From NCBI RefSeq assembly GCF_001194135.2, contig NC_068998.1, positions 35,431,038 to 35,463,286 of the forward strand: a DNA stretch of 32,249 nt, in the 5' to 3' direction. The DNA comes from Octopus bimaculoides (Eukaryota). The notes beneath the pieces are model-generated. The model searched no databases. It was given only the letters and a program-made list of their open reading frames with translations, and was not told the DNA's origin. How positions within the stretch are numbered: the first letter of the stretch is position 1; each line of letters begins with the position of its first letter. This document shows positions 1 to 10,818 of this stretch, one piece after another. The translations under genes and the position numbers were made by a program.

Positions 1-23
1 ACAACACAGCCACGCCTCTGCCT
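1..23 (-). mobile_element. 5' head fragment of SINE family A (continues off the window edge)
   Basis: acaacacagccacgcctctgcct is the reverse complement of the family A head (compare aaggcgcaggtgtggctatgcggt at 3222 and the minus-strand head ending at 29446). Confidence 0.45.
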
Positions 24-50
24 ATGTATAACTATTTTTTTTTAAGGTCC

Positions 51-533
51 AAGGATGGTGGTGTGACTAAAAAGCTCGATTTGCAACCATGTTATTTCGG
101 GTTCAGTTCCACCTCGGACGAGTGTCTTGTACTATAACTCGTGCCGACGAATGCCTTGTGAGAGAATTTGGTAGATGGAAATTGTATGGAAGCCTATCAA
201 ATGTTTTGTATGCGTATGCGAGTATGTGTGTGTGTGTGTGCGTGTGTGTGTATGTGTGTGTGTTTGCGTGACTGTACGTAAGTGTATGTGTGTGTATATC
301 TTTGTGTTTGTTTTGTCCTTCACCACCGGTCGACAACCAGTGCTGGTTTGTTTACATACCTGCAACTTATAACCTAGCGTTTCGGCAAAAGGAAATTGAT
401 AGAACAATTAAGTACAAAAATTTAAAAAATAAAAACTGGGGTCAATTTTTTTAACAAAACCCTCAAAGGCGGTGCCCCAGCACGGATGCATTCCAATGCC
501 TGAAAGAAATAAAAGATAGCAGATAAAAGATAG
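51..533 (+). mobile_element. tRNA-derived SINE family A (octopus-type), near full length, with internal (TG)n tract
   Basis: tRNA-like head with B-box-like gggttcagttcc; body agtgtcttgtactata...gccttgtgagagaatttggtagatggaaattg; (TG)n; 3' part gacaaccagtgctgg...ttcggcaaaag...aaggcggtgccccagca and (taaaaga)n tail. Homologous to copies at 3222, 19764, 20388, 21186, 22130 and 29210. Confidence 0.8.
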
Positions 534-1532
534 AATATTTTACTTTTTGTAGGTATTTTACAATCCCTTCGTGATCTTGAACTAACTACATATATTTTTG
601 TGCATAATTTACGTTATACAATAATTTAAATACTTTTAAGAATGGCAGATATGCTTCGCCGTTATTGTTTTCTTCGTTCACTATTTTCAAACTTTATGTT
701 TGTTATTCATTTTTGAAAATGTTCTTGGATTCTTTTGTTATCGTTCTTTTATATTTAAAATTATTGCAATCGTTAACATTCCTGTAATCGCTTTCATATG
801 CTACAAAACTGACTCTTGATATTATTTACTAACAGTCAGCTCAGTGTCGATATTGAAATTCCCACAAGTGAACATAAGGTTTTGAATTGCTTTTACAAAC
901 ATATCTTTAAGTATATCAACATTTCATCTAAGGCTTCTGCAAATACGATTCCCGTTTACATTCTTCTTTAATAGAAATTTCTATTGTAACACATTCAAAC
1001 AAGTTATCAGAATACGATGTCGTGTCTTCTACCATCGTGTAATTGGTGCCTTTTTATAGCCGCATATAGCACCATAATGTTTTCATTCTAACTCTTCATC
1101 TTTCAATAAAGCATTTCATATCCATTTAGCCATTCAATCTAACACACACTATTTTTCAGAGCAGATACACCACTCACAGGGCCGATATACATCATTTTCA
1201 GAAGTAATATAGCTAGTCCCAGAAATGAATTGCAAGTGCATAAGGACGTTAAAGAATGCTGAAAAAAATTGGATCCATAATTCTTGCGAATTACTAGTTG
1301 TGTTTTATATTAAATTATTGTCTTGTTTTAAGGCTAAAAGCATTTCTGGTCTATGGCTTTTTAGAGAATTAGTCAGCATGTTAGAAGCAAGAGATAAATA
1401 TCTCTCATATTATATACTACTAGCTTTAAAAAGAAGGCATAGCGTGGTCCTTGATATGTAATGTTTGAGTAAAACACGGTATGGTGGCGACAGGGAAGCT
1501 TTTGGTGATAGATTAGAATTAATTTGGTGTTA

Positions 1533-1594
1533 AACAACAACCACAAAAAACAATAAATAACAACAACAACAAAAATAGCAACAACAATAACAAC
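1533..1594. repeat. Imperfect (AAC)n microsatellite
   Basis: Direct reading. Confidence 0.75.
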
Positions 1595-1810
1595 GTCAAC
1601 GGCGTATAACTCAGCTTGGTAGCTACTCTAAGTATTTTATCAATTTCGTAGCTACTTAAAGTAATTGTAATATTTTTGTCTGATATCTTTCAGTAGTTCA
1701 CTGTTTGTGCCTGATGCAGATAGCTAGAGATAATATTTATACAAGTACACACATACACACGCGTGCACGCATAGATATTCACTCTCAAATACGTGCGCGT
1801 ACATAGACGA

Positions 1811-1841
1811 ACACACACACATATATATATATATATAAATA

Positions 1842-1900
<59 letters not shown>
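1811..1900. repeat. (CA)n(TA)n microsatellite
   Basis: Direct reading. Confidence 0.95.
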
Positions 1901-1904
<4 letters not shown>

Positions 1905-2569
1905 CTTCACATATATTACAAGCATAGGATAGAACATACGATAGTATGAATTTTATTGCAGTTATCATTTACCTGCAGCGAAGTGCAACAGATATCGATT
2001 GAAATGAGGTGACACAACTAGCTGTATCCTGTTTCTCGAAAAATTACTGAAAGACTCTGGGAAAATATCGGACAATTGGGCATATCGTTAGAGGCAAAGT
2101 AAATAATGAAATTCCCAAACTTTCAGCAACAACTTAATATTATATAATCAGTCCTGATTTCAAAGTGCTTCTCGTGTCAGGTTCCGAACCCTAGATAATA
2201 AGTAAAATTACCTCTTCACTGACACTGTTGCAAGTCTCTTCTGACCCGGAACATTAACGCATGCGAAAGTAGCAGAGTAAACTACATTACTATCTCCACC
2301 CAAAATAGGATACTGGATCTTGCAGCACTGGCCCTCTGGTATATTATTCAAATGTTCATGTAATTTGCGAATGGATGGTCAACCATGATTAATTGACAAA
2401 CTACCCCAAAACCAAGTTTTGTGATGAACTGGGAAGAAAGTCTTATTTATCTGGGGGAAACAGCTCTCTAACACATGACAAGTCGATAAAAATATTTAAT
2501 TAACAGAGCGCTCGGCCAGTGGTCAAGTTCGATGATATTTTAACTATTTCTTAAAGCTTATGAGCACGA

Positions 2570-3140
2570 ATGCACCCGAGTTACAGGAGGAAGAAATCTT
2601 GGTGTATAAGCTAGAAAAATTCCAAATACTGACCGAGAACACCGTTAGACTTTCAGAATCTAGGAGAGTAGTTGCATGTTTAACAAACATAAATGAGACA
2701 TGCTGGAGACATAATATGCGGCAAACAGAAGCAAGCGATTAAAGAAATTGGATTCTTTGGAAGTAGAAGAAAGAAAAATTTTCTTCTAAACTTTGATCAT
2801 GTTCAGAAAGAGTCATCGTTTTGCAGTTACATCGTCAGAAAGGAGAAAGCTTAACAGCCATACTGGTTTATTCAACATCGATTATGAAGGTGTATGAAGA
2901 AATGGAGAAAGCAATAGACAATAATAAATCCATGGGAGATTGTAATCCTGAACAATGGGAAATTGAAAACAAAAGTAGTAAAGACCAGATATGATAAAGG
3001 GCAATTCTTGACAGATTTTGCTGATAGATAAAACTTAGTAAGTATAAACACTTCGCTTGAGAAAGAAGGAATAAGCATTGGACGTGGTAAAGTCCAAAAG
3101 GTCAAGCAGAGATCAGAAAGGTTTTATCTTAACTTGTACA
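2570..3140 (+). mobile_element. Decayed LINE apurinic-endonuclease (APE) domain, RTE-like
   Basis: Hand translation across frameshifts and stops gives LSESRR..., VYEEMEKAIDNNKSMGDCN (MGDFN-like), GQFLTDFADR*NLVSINT and KHWTW*SPKGQAEI, the motif order of non-LTR APE domains. The RTE assignment is inference. Confidence 0.65.
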
Positions 3141-3221
3141 AACAGCGTTGGCCGGGACTATGGAGTTACTGAAAGAGTAGATATTATCTTATTATCTTAT
3201 ATTATTTTGAGTTTCTTTACC

Positions 3222-3385
3222 AAGGCGCAGGTGTGGCTATGCGGTTAGAAACTTGCTGCCTAACCATATTGTTCCAGATCCAATCCCATAGCGTGGCACT
3301 TTAGGCAAATGTTTTTGTTAAGCCTGGACCGACTGAAGCCTTGTGGGTGGATTTGCTAGACGAAAACTGGAAGAAGTCCGGTGTA
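3222..3385 (+). mobile_element. SINE family A, 5' half, running into a (TA)n tract
   Basis: aaggcgcaggtgtggctatgcggttagaaacttgc...gcgtggcactttaggcaaatg...gaagccttgtgggtggatttgctagacgaaaactggaagaagtccg. Confidence 0.8.
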
Positions 3386-3405
3386 TGTATATGAATATGT
3401 ATGTA

Positions 3406-3440
<35 letters not shown>

Positions 3441-3738
3441 TATATACTTTTATAAAACAAATTTTACAAAATATATAGTATCTGTTAACAGTCTTAGCCA
3501 AAAACTCACAGTTGAGTTTTTGTATATATATATGTATACATGCCTCTTAAAGGATAGAGCTCAAAATCAATGCATTGAATCAGTGTATCTAAGTATAGGT
3601 ATATGTGTGTGTGGGTGTAGGTGTGGGCATGTGGGCGGTGGTGTGCGGTGCGTGGGCGTGGGCGGGTATAATTAATGAATTAATTAATACACTATCGTTA
3701 TAGGAAGATCCGATAGGAAATATTGATGTACATGGGGG

Positions 3739-4559
3739 NNNNNNNNNNNNNNNNNNNNNNNNNNNNNNNNNNNNNNNNNNNNNNNNNNNNNNNNNNNNNN
3801 NNNNNNNNNNNNNNNNNNNNNNNNNNNNNNNNNNNNNNNNNNNNNNNNNNNNNNNNNNNNNNNNNNNNNNNNNNNNNNNNNNNNNNNNNNNNNNNNNNNN
3901 NNNNNNNNNNNNNNNNNNNNNNNNNNNNNNNNNNNNNNNNNNNNNNNNNNNNNNNNNNNNNNNNNNNNNNNNNNNNNNNNNNNNNNNNNNNNNNNNNNNN
4001 NNNNNNNNNNNNNNNNNNNNNNNNNNNNNNNNNNNNNNNNNNNNNNNNNNNNNNNNNNNNNNNNNNNNNNNNNNNNNNNNNNNNNNNNNNNNNNNNNNNN
4101 NNNNNNNNNNNNNNNNNNNNNNNNNNNNNNNNNNNNNNNNNNNNNNNNNNNNNNNNNNNNNNNNNNNNNNNNNNNNNNNNNNNNNNNNNNNNNNNNNNNN
4201 NNNNNNNNNNNNNNNNNNNNNNNNNNNNNNNNNNNNNNNNNNNNNNNNNNNNNNNNNNNNNNNNNNNNNNNNNNNNNNNNNNNNNNNNNNNNNNNNNNNN
4301 NNNNNNNNNNNNNNNNNNNNNNNNNNNNNNNNNNNNNNNNNNNNNNNNNNNNNNNNNNNNNNNNNNNNNNNNNNNNNNNNNNNNNNNNNNNNNNNNNNNN
4401 NNNNNNNNNNNNNNNNNNNNNNNNNNNNNNNNNNNNNNNNNNNNNNNNNNNNNNNNNNNNNNNNNNNNNNNNNNNNNNNNNNNNNNNNNNNNNNNNNNNN
4501 NNNNNNNNNNNNNNNNNNNNNNNNNNNNNNNNNNNNNNNNNNNNNNNNNNNNNNNNNNN
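3739..4559. other. Assembly gap (N run); other gaps at 18087-18247, 21437-21446, 24076-24370, 28492-29053 and 31022-31567
   Basis: Runs of n, most of them abutting (TA)n tracts. Confidence 1.
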
Positions 4560-5530
4560 TTTCACACTCAGAACTTAGAAAAAAAACATGTTTTTTGATA
4601 TCAGTAAAATCTTCGATTGGATCAGATTAAGTTGCCTGCTCTTTGGCTTCATTCTTCTCTCATCACTCACTATTTCAACACTTGGTATCTTCAGAATCTT
4701 TCCTCTCAACTCTGATATGAACAAATATTTACATTCTAACGTGTTATTGGGCACTTTACTTTAAATTGTTTGTCCCTTCCAGTTTTTAAAAATTATGTGT
4801 GTGCGTGTGTGTGTGTGTGTGTGTGCGTGTGTGCGTGTGTTTGTGCGTGTGTGTGTGTGCGAGAGTGTGTAATATATAAAAGCATTTTCGCAGATACACA
4901 GATACAAACATACATGCCACACGCAAGCGCGCACACGCACGTACATACATGCATAAACGTTAAAGTCTTTTCATGGTGGCTCCTAATCAAAAGGTTCTTT
5001 CTCTTGTAGAGGAAACCAACCGTTACTCCACAACGATCTTTCTCGACGAAGGCGTCTTCTCACGCATAACGCGTAAGTTCTTTTTTCCTATCGTTACTAC
5101 GCAGCCCTTTGCACCTAAAGGCTTGCTGGAAGGATTTCAAACAACGTCAGCCTCATATCCAAACATAGCCAAAACTTCCACCATGTCTATGCTTCTTTTA
5201 TTTTCCCGCAGACACCAGTTTGAAGAGAAATATCAACAACTTCCTTCTGACCGAACTCAAAGCATGTGTGAATGCTATGGACACGACTCTTTCGTCCAGA
5301 ATAAACAGTAAAAAAAATAATAGAAAGAATATCTTTGTACTTCACGTCATATATTAATCCTATCAACGACATTAAAAACTACTTATTGCACATATGAATA
5401 CATATATCAAAACATATCAATTTAAATTGCTCATATCACTACACACTGCATTCATCAGTATAAGTCGCACATATCAATATATACTGCACATATTAATACG
5501 TATAGCATTTAATATACGTATCACAATATA

Positions 5531-5750
5531 AAGCGGCGAGATGGCAGAATCGTTAACACGTCGGGCGAAATGCTTCGCCGTATTTCGTTCGTGTCCACGT
5601 TCTGAGTTGAAATTCCGTCGAGGTCGACTTTGCCTTTCAATTTTCCGGGGTCGATAAAATAAGTACCAGTTGTGTACTGGAGTTGATGTAACCAACTTAC
5701 TCCCTCCTCCGAAATTGCTGGTCTTGTACCAAACTTTGAAATCAACATAT
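5531..5750 (+). mobile_element. tRNA-derived SINE family B, full length, tail type 1
   Basis: gcggcgagatggcagaatcgttaacacg (A-box-like) ... gttctgagttgaaattcc (B-box-like) ... gtcgactttgcctttc...ggggtcgataaaataagtaccagt ... gaaattgctggtcttgtaccaaactttgaaatcaa. Possible 7-bp TSD atataaa (5526-5532 / 5747-5753). Confidence 0.85.
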
Positions 5751-6550
5751 AAATCAGAAAATATTGCACATAACAATTCATATAAGCACACGGCATTACA
5801 ATCTCATTTCTCTCAAACAATACTCGATAAAACCCATACAACTGTTTCCAATGCTCTTCAATCTCTGCGGATTTCTCATAGAAACACCATATTCAAAACA
5901 GCGGAATGCAGCACAATGGCTAGTAACTCTCTGCTGTGACAGAAGCTATCTAACTCTAAATAGTTTAGGCCCACATGAGAATGCTGTTGACCCTTCAGTG
6001 ACGCAGCAGTTCCTACACAAACAAATATTTGGGATCGTATTCTGAACGAAGATAATCATACTGATTAACAAGGATTCGCTCATCAAAACATTTCTATGAC
6101 AAATTCTCTTACGTTCTCTGTGCTTCTTCTATCTAATTTCACTCCTACTACAACGACTTTTACTCTTCTGAACTAAACAGCTGCAAAATTATACTTACAC
6201 AAATCTGTCTGATTACCTTTTTCCTAACTCTTCTTAAACTGATGGAATTACAATTGTCTGGAATTCCCTTTCTGCTACAGATATTTAAGCTACAGATATT
6301 TTCAGTAATTCATTATTTAATCAGAGTAAAACACGAGACAAACGTTCACAAACCCTTATAAGTTAGTTTTCCGCGATAAAGGGAAAAACCTGACGTTTTA
6401 GGCTGAGATTTTTTTCATCAGAGAATATGTATTCTATTAGCGTATCCTATATATAGCAGCTACATGATGCGGTGATACGCTTACTGATGATGAACTGTGT
6501 ATCACGATTTCGTTTCTTGTTTGGACATCCTTGCAACATTCTTCCACACT

Positions 6551-6797
6551 CATCATCATCATAAACCCCGTCACATTACTGCTCCGTGTCCTAGGGCTCA
6601 TGGGACCGGCTACTGCTTTCTATAACGTATAAGTGACTGAGATCCCAACATACCCCTGAACGGGAAGCCAGACTGTTGCAGGATTACTCATTTTATAGCT
6701 GAATGAACTAGAACAACATGAAATGGAGTGTCTTGCTCAGGAACTCAAGACAATCTTGTAAGCAACAAACACCCCAACCACTTGGCCACATGCCTTC
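6551..6797 (-). mobile_element. SINE family C (CORE-like segment), decayed
   Basis: On the minus strand the head reads gaaggcatgtggccaagtggttgggg, the body contains cctgagcaagacact (cttgggcaag-like), and there is an (ATG)n tail at 6551-6562. Confidence 0.6.
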
Positions 6798-7287
6798 TCT
6801 TCAACACTATCCACTGGGAAAATATGAACAACGTAACTTGTATGTCTTTTATGTGAAGTAGCCCTCCCAGTCTCCTCAGAAAAAGCAGCGCAAAGCCGTC
6901 TGTTATGTACTACTCACTTGTATCCATGGTTAAAACATTTAACTCACAAGTTTCTTAAATGTAACTTCTAGTAAATCATACACACATATCCTGACTGCTG
7001 TCAACAAAGACCATACGGTAACCTTGTCATATTGCAGTCATAGTTTGGAGTTCAATTCTTCCCTTAGATATAAGCATAAAATGTTTGGAGTTTCAGTGTT
7101 TTCATTTTTAAGCCCAAGCTTCAAATGACAATGGACATTATTGCCAACCCTCTGACATTAGGATGCACAAGTTTTCAATATTATCATGGTACGCCAGGAT
7201 TCATTCATTCGACCACGCACATTTTATTAAATTTAAATATCAGTGCAACTTCTGTTACTCTTAAAGTAATCTTTTGTCTAATTGTGA

Positions 7288-7505
7288 AAGCGGCGAGTTG
7301 ACAGGATCGTTAGCAACGCTGGAAAAATTGCTTGGCGGCGTTTCGTCCATCTTTACGTTCTGAGTTGAAATTCCGCCGAGGTCGACTATGCTTTTCATCC
7401 TTTCAGGGTCGATAAACTAAGTACTAGTTGAGTACATTGGGCAATGTAATTGACTTACTCCCTCCCATCAAAATTGCTGGCCTTGTGTCAAAATTTGAAA
7501 TCAAT
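7288..7505 (+). mobile_element. SINE family B, full length, tail type 1, with 14-bp TSD
   Basis: Homologous to 5531-5750. Perfect direct repeat aatcttttgtctaa at 7268-7281 and 7503-7516. Confidence 0.88.
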
Positions 7506-7749
7506 CTTTTGTCTAAGTGGACTGAGACAACAATCTGATTTCATTTTTTCTCTAGAACTGCTTGCTACACAACGAGCTGTCGGAGAAGCCTCAACATTGT
7601 CGCTCGGACCTTCTAGAAATAGCAATCAATTCTCCCTCAAATCATTTCTTTCTGTCATCTAAAAAGAAAATGAATGGCTGAATAATACTGCATAGACTGT
7701 GTGGAAAATGCCAGGGATAATCATGGACGAAATATTTGTGGTCATAGAT

Positions 7750-8385
7750 AGTATGTTGAGTTAAAAGTTTTGTAATATTTGCTTTGCTCATCAAGTTACA
7801 ACACAAGCAGCCGAGCATATAAAGTAGCAGCCATGGTGTTGTACCGTCTGAAGCCACCTTTCCACCAGTTTTTTTTTATCCCACTCTGATGTCAGTTCTT
7901 GTTCTACGTGGAAAAGAATTCCTTCACAGAAGCTTCCACTACTTCTTGGTTGATGAAGCGTCGTGAGATTTGGGTTATAGATCGGAAGAAGTAATAATCC
8001 GACGGAGTTAAGTCCGGACTATATGTTGAGTGTGGCATCAATTCGTTTCCCTCAAGTATCTGGAATCTACTTCGGGTCATTCGAGCAGTAGGAGTTCTTA
8101 CATTGTCTTACTGAAGAAAGCTCGCTTTCTGTCAACCAATACCGGGTATTTTTGCCCCACACTGGAATACATCCGCTCCAGCTATTTGGAGTACAGGTTT
8201 GCATCGATGTTTCGACCGTCCGGAACGAACTCGTAATGAATTATCTCCTCATAATTCCACCAAACGCAAAGCATCATCTTGCGTTTTGAAACGCCCATGT
8301 TTGGCGGTCGGCTCCAGAAATTGACCTCTGATTAACCACTCCTTATTCACGTTAGGATTGCGAGAAAATTTCTCCTACGGATCCA
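7750..8385 (-). mobile_element. Mariner (Tc1/mariner DDD) transposase relic, catalytic C-terminal half, 5'-truncated
   Basis: Minus-strand translation: RKMMLCVWWNYEEIIHYEFVPDGRNIDANLYSK*LERM...DNVRTPTARMT...MPHSTYSPDLTPSDYYFFRS...KEFF...LVERWLQTVQHHGCYF. This contains the diagnostic YSPDLAPSDY-like motif, with stops and frameshifts. A possible single TIR lies near 7750-7781; no partner was found. Confidence 0.88.
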
Positions 8386-8554
8386 TGAAATAAAGTATCA
8401 ATCAAATACTAAGGTAGATTTAATTGGTTGCTGATTTATGCCAACATTTAAGAAGCTAGTGCAAATCTTTCGTCACACTACCAAGGGTGGGAAAGCGAAG
8501 ACTTTGGAGTGATGTATATCTCGGAGTAGATTGTTGTCTCATCAATATTATCCA

Positions 8555-8775
8555 CCTGTAATAATCTTTTCTACTATAGAGACAAGGACTGATATTTTGG
8601 GAGATGGGATTGCCGATTATGTAGACTCCAGTTCTCAATAGGTACTTATTTCATAGACCAATAGAATGAAAGGCAAAGTCGACTTAGGCGGAGTTTCAAC
8701 TCAGAACGTTCAGATGAACGAAATACCGCTAAGCATTTTTTCCGACGCGCTAATGACTCTGCCAGCTCGCCGCCT
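8555..8775 (-). mobile_element. SINE family B, full length, tail type 2
   Basis: Reverse complement of the family B head (gccagctcgccgcct at 8761-8775). Tail reads ...cagtccttgtctctatagtagaaaagattatt on the minus strand. Confidence 0.85.
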
Positions 8776-8791
8776 CGTAACATTCTATAAT

Positions 8792-8970
8792 ACTGGTTTC
8801 AAATTATGGCACAGAACCCAAAATTTTTGAAGTAGGAGTTATTCGATTACACTCCGAAAGGATGAAAGGCAAAGTCGACCTCGGCAGAATTGAGCACTGA
8901 ACGCTGAGACGGACGAAATGCCGCTAAACATTTTATCTGGCTTGCTAAAGATTCTTCCATCTCGCTGCCT
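8792..8970 (-). mobile_element. SINE family B, tail type 1, internally deleted, inserted next to the head of the previous copy, with 14-bp TSD
   Basis: Direct repeat taacattctataat at 8778-8791 and 8973-8986. Lacks the roughly 35-bp ...aagtaccagt... segment present in other copies. Confidence 0.82.
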
Positions 8971-9000
8971 TATAACATTCTATAATGCTGACAGCAAAAT

Positions 9001-9013
9001 ACGCGCGTGCACG

Positions 9014-9062
<49 letters not shown>
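9001..9062. repeat. (CA)n microsatellite
   Basis: Direct reading. Confidence 0.95.
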
Positions 9063-9064
<2 letters not shown>

Positions 9065-9295
9065 ACACCTACATATATCCATTCTCCCTTTCTTCATTTC
9101 TTGTTCACTCCCCCTCTCTCTAAATCTAGGTCTGCACTAAACGGTATAACGCATAAAGAAGAACAGTTATTTTTACTCTGTGCAGATAGAAGTTCATTTC
9201 ACCCCTGGTACTAGAATTCTCTCCACATCTGACCACAGTAGAAAAAAGTGATGTTTTCAGGGAGAAGCAGCTCACATAAAATGACTTCCTTCTAA

Positions 9296-9480
9296 TTGTT
9301 GTTGTTTAGCCCCATCTCAGACCTGATCGAGTGAACCTATGAACAAAGGCTTCCCAGCCGTGGCCGCTCTGTCTCAGGACTACATTATCCAACGTCTCCC
9401 TTTTTTTAAGATGGTAGGATGTGAGATGAAGACTTGGCTGCAATTTCTAGCAGATTTAGCAGTTATGTAGTGGCTGCTTT
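9296..9480 (-). mobile_element. Interspersed repeat family D (SINE-like, (AAC)n tail), just 3' of GPCR-1
   Basis: gttgttgtttagcccc...cctgatcgag...ttggctgcaatttctagcag is the reverse complement of segments at 26255-26520 (ctagaaatagcagccaaatc; ctgctcgatcgg). Confidence 0.55.
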
Positions 9481-9564
9481 GTTCAACATAAATATTGAAT
9501 GAATAAACAGTTATGTGAATAAAAAGATGTGAATGTTTTAGCAATGATGATCAGGAAACGAGAA

Positions 9565-10818
9565 CTAAATGTTTTCCTTTAGTTTATACAATACATAGTT
9601 ATATGAAGAAAAAAAAATCAACCACATGATGTTCAAGTTCATTTCAAATTCATATTTTCTATTAATACTAGCTATATACTTACCTCGGCGAAATATTTTC
9701 TCAAATAATTTGCATAATTCTCTCCGAAAGCGGATATTTAAAAGTCCATAAATGAATGGGTTGGCAACGCAGCTCATGAAGTATGAACGAATTGCTATTT
9801 CGTATGGAACATAACTTTTGCTTTCTGGAGAAACTCCCTGTCTATGAACAATTGTCCACAAGGTTGCAATATAATGAGGCAAATAGCTGATAATCCAGAC
9901 TAAAGAAACGATAAAAAATACTATATTTGTTTTTTTAATTAACTTTTCTTTTTCTTTAAATGCTTCGTTAAGTTGATCAATCTTATATGGTTTCATTGTA
10001 ACGTGATGCACACTAACGTTATCCTGAGCATCGTTAACTTCTTCCTCTGAAGGGTCTCTTGGACCTTCATTTATTTTCTGTAATTCTTTCATCCTTCTCT
10101 TCTTATATCTCCAAACACACAGCCCAATACGGTAATACAGTACCATGAGAATGTTAAAAACTAAGAGATTCAAACTTAGCAATGTGCAATAATAATATAG
10201 AGGGTAGACTTCATGAATATTGTCCTCATCATATGAACAAATTTCAACAGTAATTCCGTACATGCCAGTCCATATCGTTCTTTTGCCGAAAACCCAAACT
10301 GCCGGTATGGATAACAAGAAGGAGATTAAAAACATAAATGGCATCATTTTCAGTGCCAGGCGGCGAGATATATGTTTGCGAAAAGGTTGGCACACTCGCA
10401 AATATCTTTCTACTACTATACAGAAGATAATTTCTGAGGCATATATTGTTCCTATAGCGAAACTAAAATTTTCCAAATGACACAGGAATTCACTATAAAA
10501 GGTCATCGAGTAACGTAGAGAAATAATGTCAACAGGCATATATATTGTACAGCATACTAAATCACATATGCCAAGAGCTGCCACAAAAAAATTTGTTGCA
10601 GTTTTCCTCATTTTTCGATAAAATATATAAACTACAGCGCTGTTTCCGAGAGTACCTAAGGTCATACATACTGAAATGTAAAGTATTATAGGTACATTTA
10701 AAGCTAATTGTTCGTCATTTAACTTTTCTAAAGCATACTCTCTCTTTTCCTTGTCCATGTATTGATGCCAATATGTCAAAGATATATCCACGTCTTCCTT
10801 GCTTTCGGCTTTTTCCAT
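9565..10818 (-). CDS. Class A (rhodopsin-like) 7TM GPCR, orphan, CCK/orexin-receptor-like molluscan type (GPCR-1), 417 aa from the first ATG
   Basis: Uninterrupted ORF with seven hydrophobic segments and class A motifs: TM1 GN, TM2 L..CDL (D2.50), C3.25, ERY, ECL2 Cys, TM6 SYLP, TM7 NPFIY, helix 8 RFRREL. The ORF-track start at 10941 is TTG; the first ATG is at 10818 (MEKAESK...). An upstream spliced extension is possible. The subfamily label is inference. Confidence 0.93.
   Translation of the reverse strand: MEKAESKEDVDISLTYWHQYMDKEKREYALEKLNDEQLALNVPIILYISVCMTLGTLGNSAVVYIFYRKMRKTATNFFVAALGICDLVCCTIYMPVDIISLRYSMTFYSEFLCHLENFSFAIGTIYASEIIFCIVVERYLRVCQPFRKHISRRLALKMMPFMFLISFLLSIPAVWVFGKRTIWTGMYGITVEICSYDEDNIHEVYPLYYYCTLLSLNLLVFNILMVLYYRIGLCVWRYKKRRMKELQKINEGPRDPSEEEVNDAQDNVSVHHVTMKPYKIDQLNEAFKEKEKLIKKTNIVFFIVSLVWIISYLPHYIATLWTIVHRQGVSPESKSYVPYEIAIRSYFMSCVANPFIYGLLNIRFRRELCKLFEKIFRRGKYIASINRKYEFEMNLNIMWLIFFSSYNYVLYKLKENI

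Noticed and set aside
89-407. Cys/Val, His/Thr and Tyr/Ile-rich ORFs here and at 1690, 4761, 15493, 16579-17268, 20564, 21215-21631, 30229-30724, 31953
   Set aside because: Translations of (TG)n, (CA)n and (TA)n tracts.
3684-4598. Long ORFs spanning N runs (also 18012-18431, 24045-24467, 28357-29353, 30960-31891)
   Set aside because: Artefacts of translating assembly gaps and microsatellites.
4973-5372. 112-aa and 61-aa ORFs; possible Harbinger-like basic N-terminus on the minus strand
   Set aside because: No convincing motif; similarity too weak to call.
5900-6330. Possible L2/CR1 3' end (VWNSL motif)
   Set aside because: A single short motif, not enough support.
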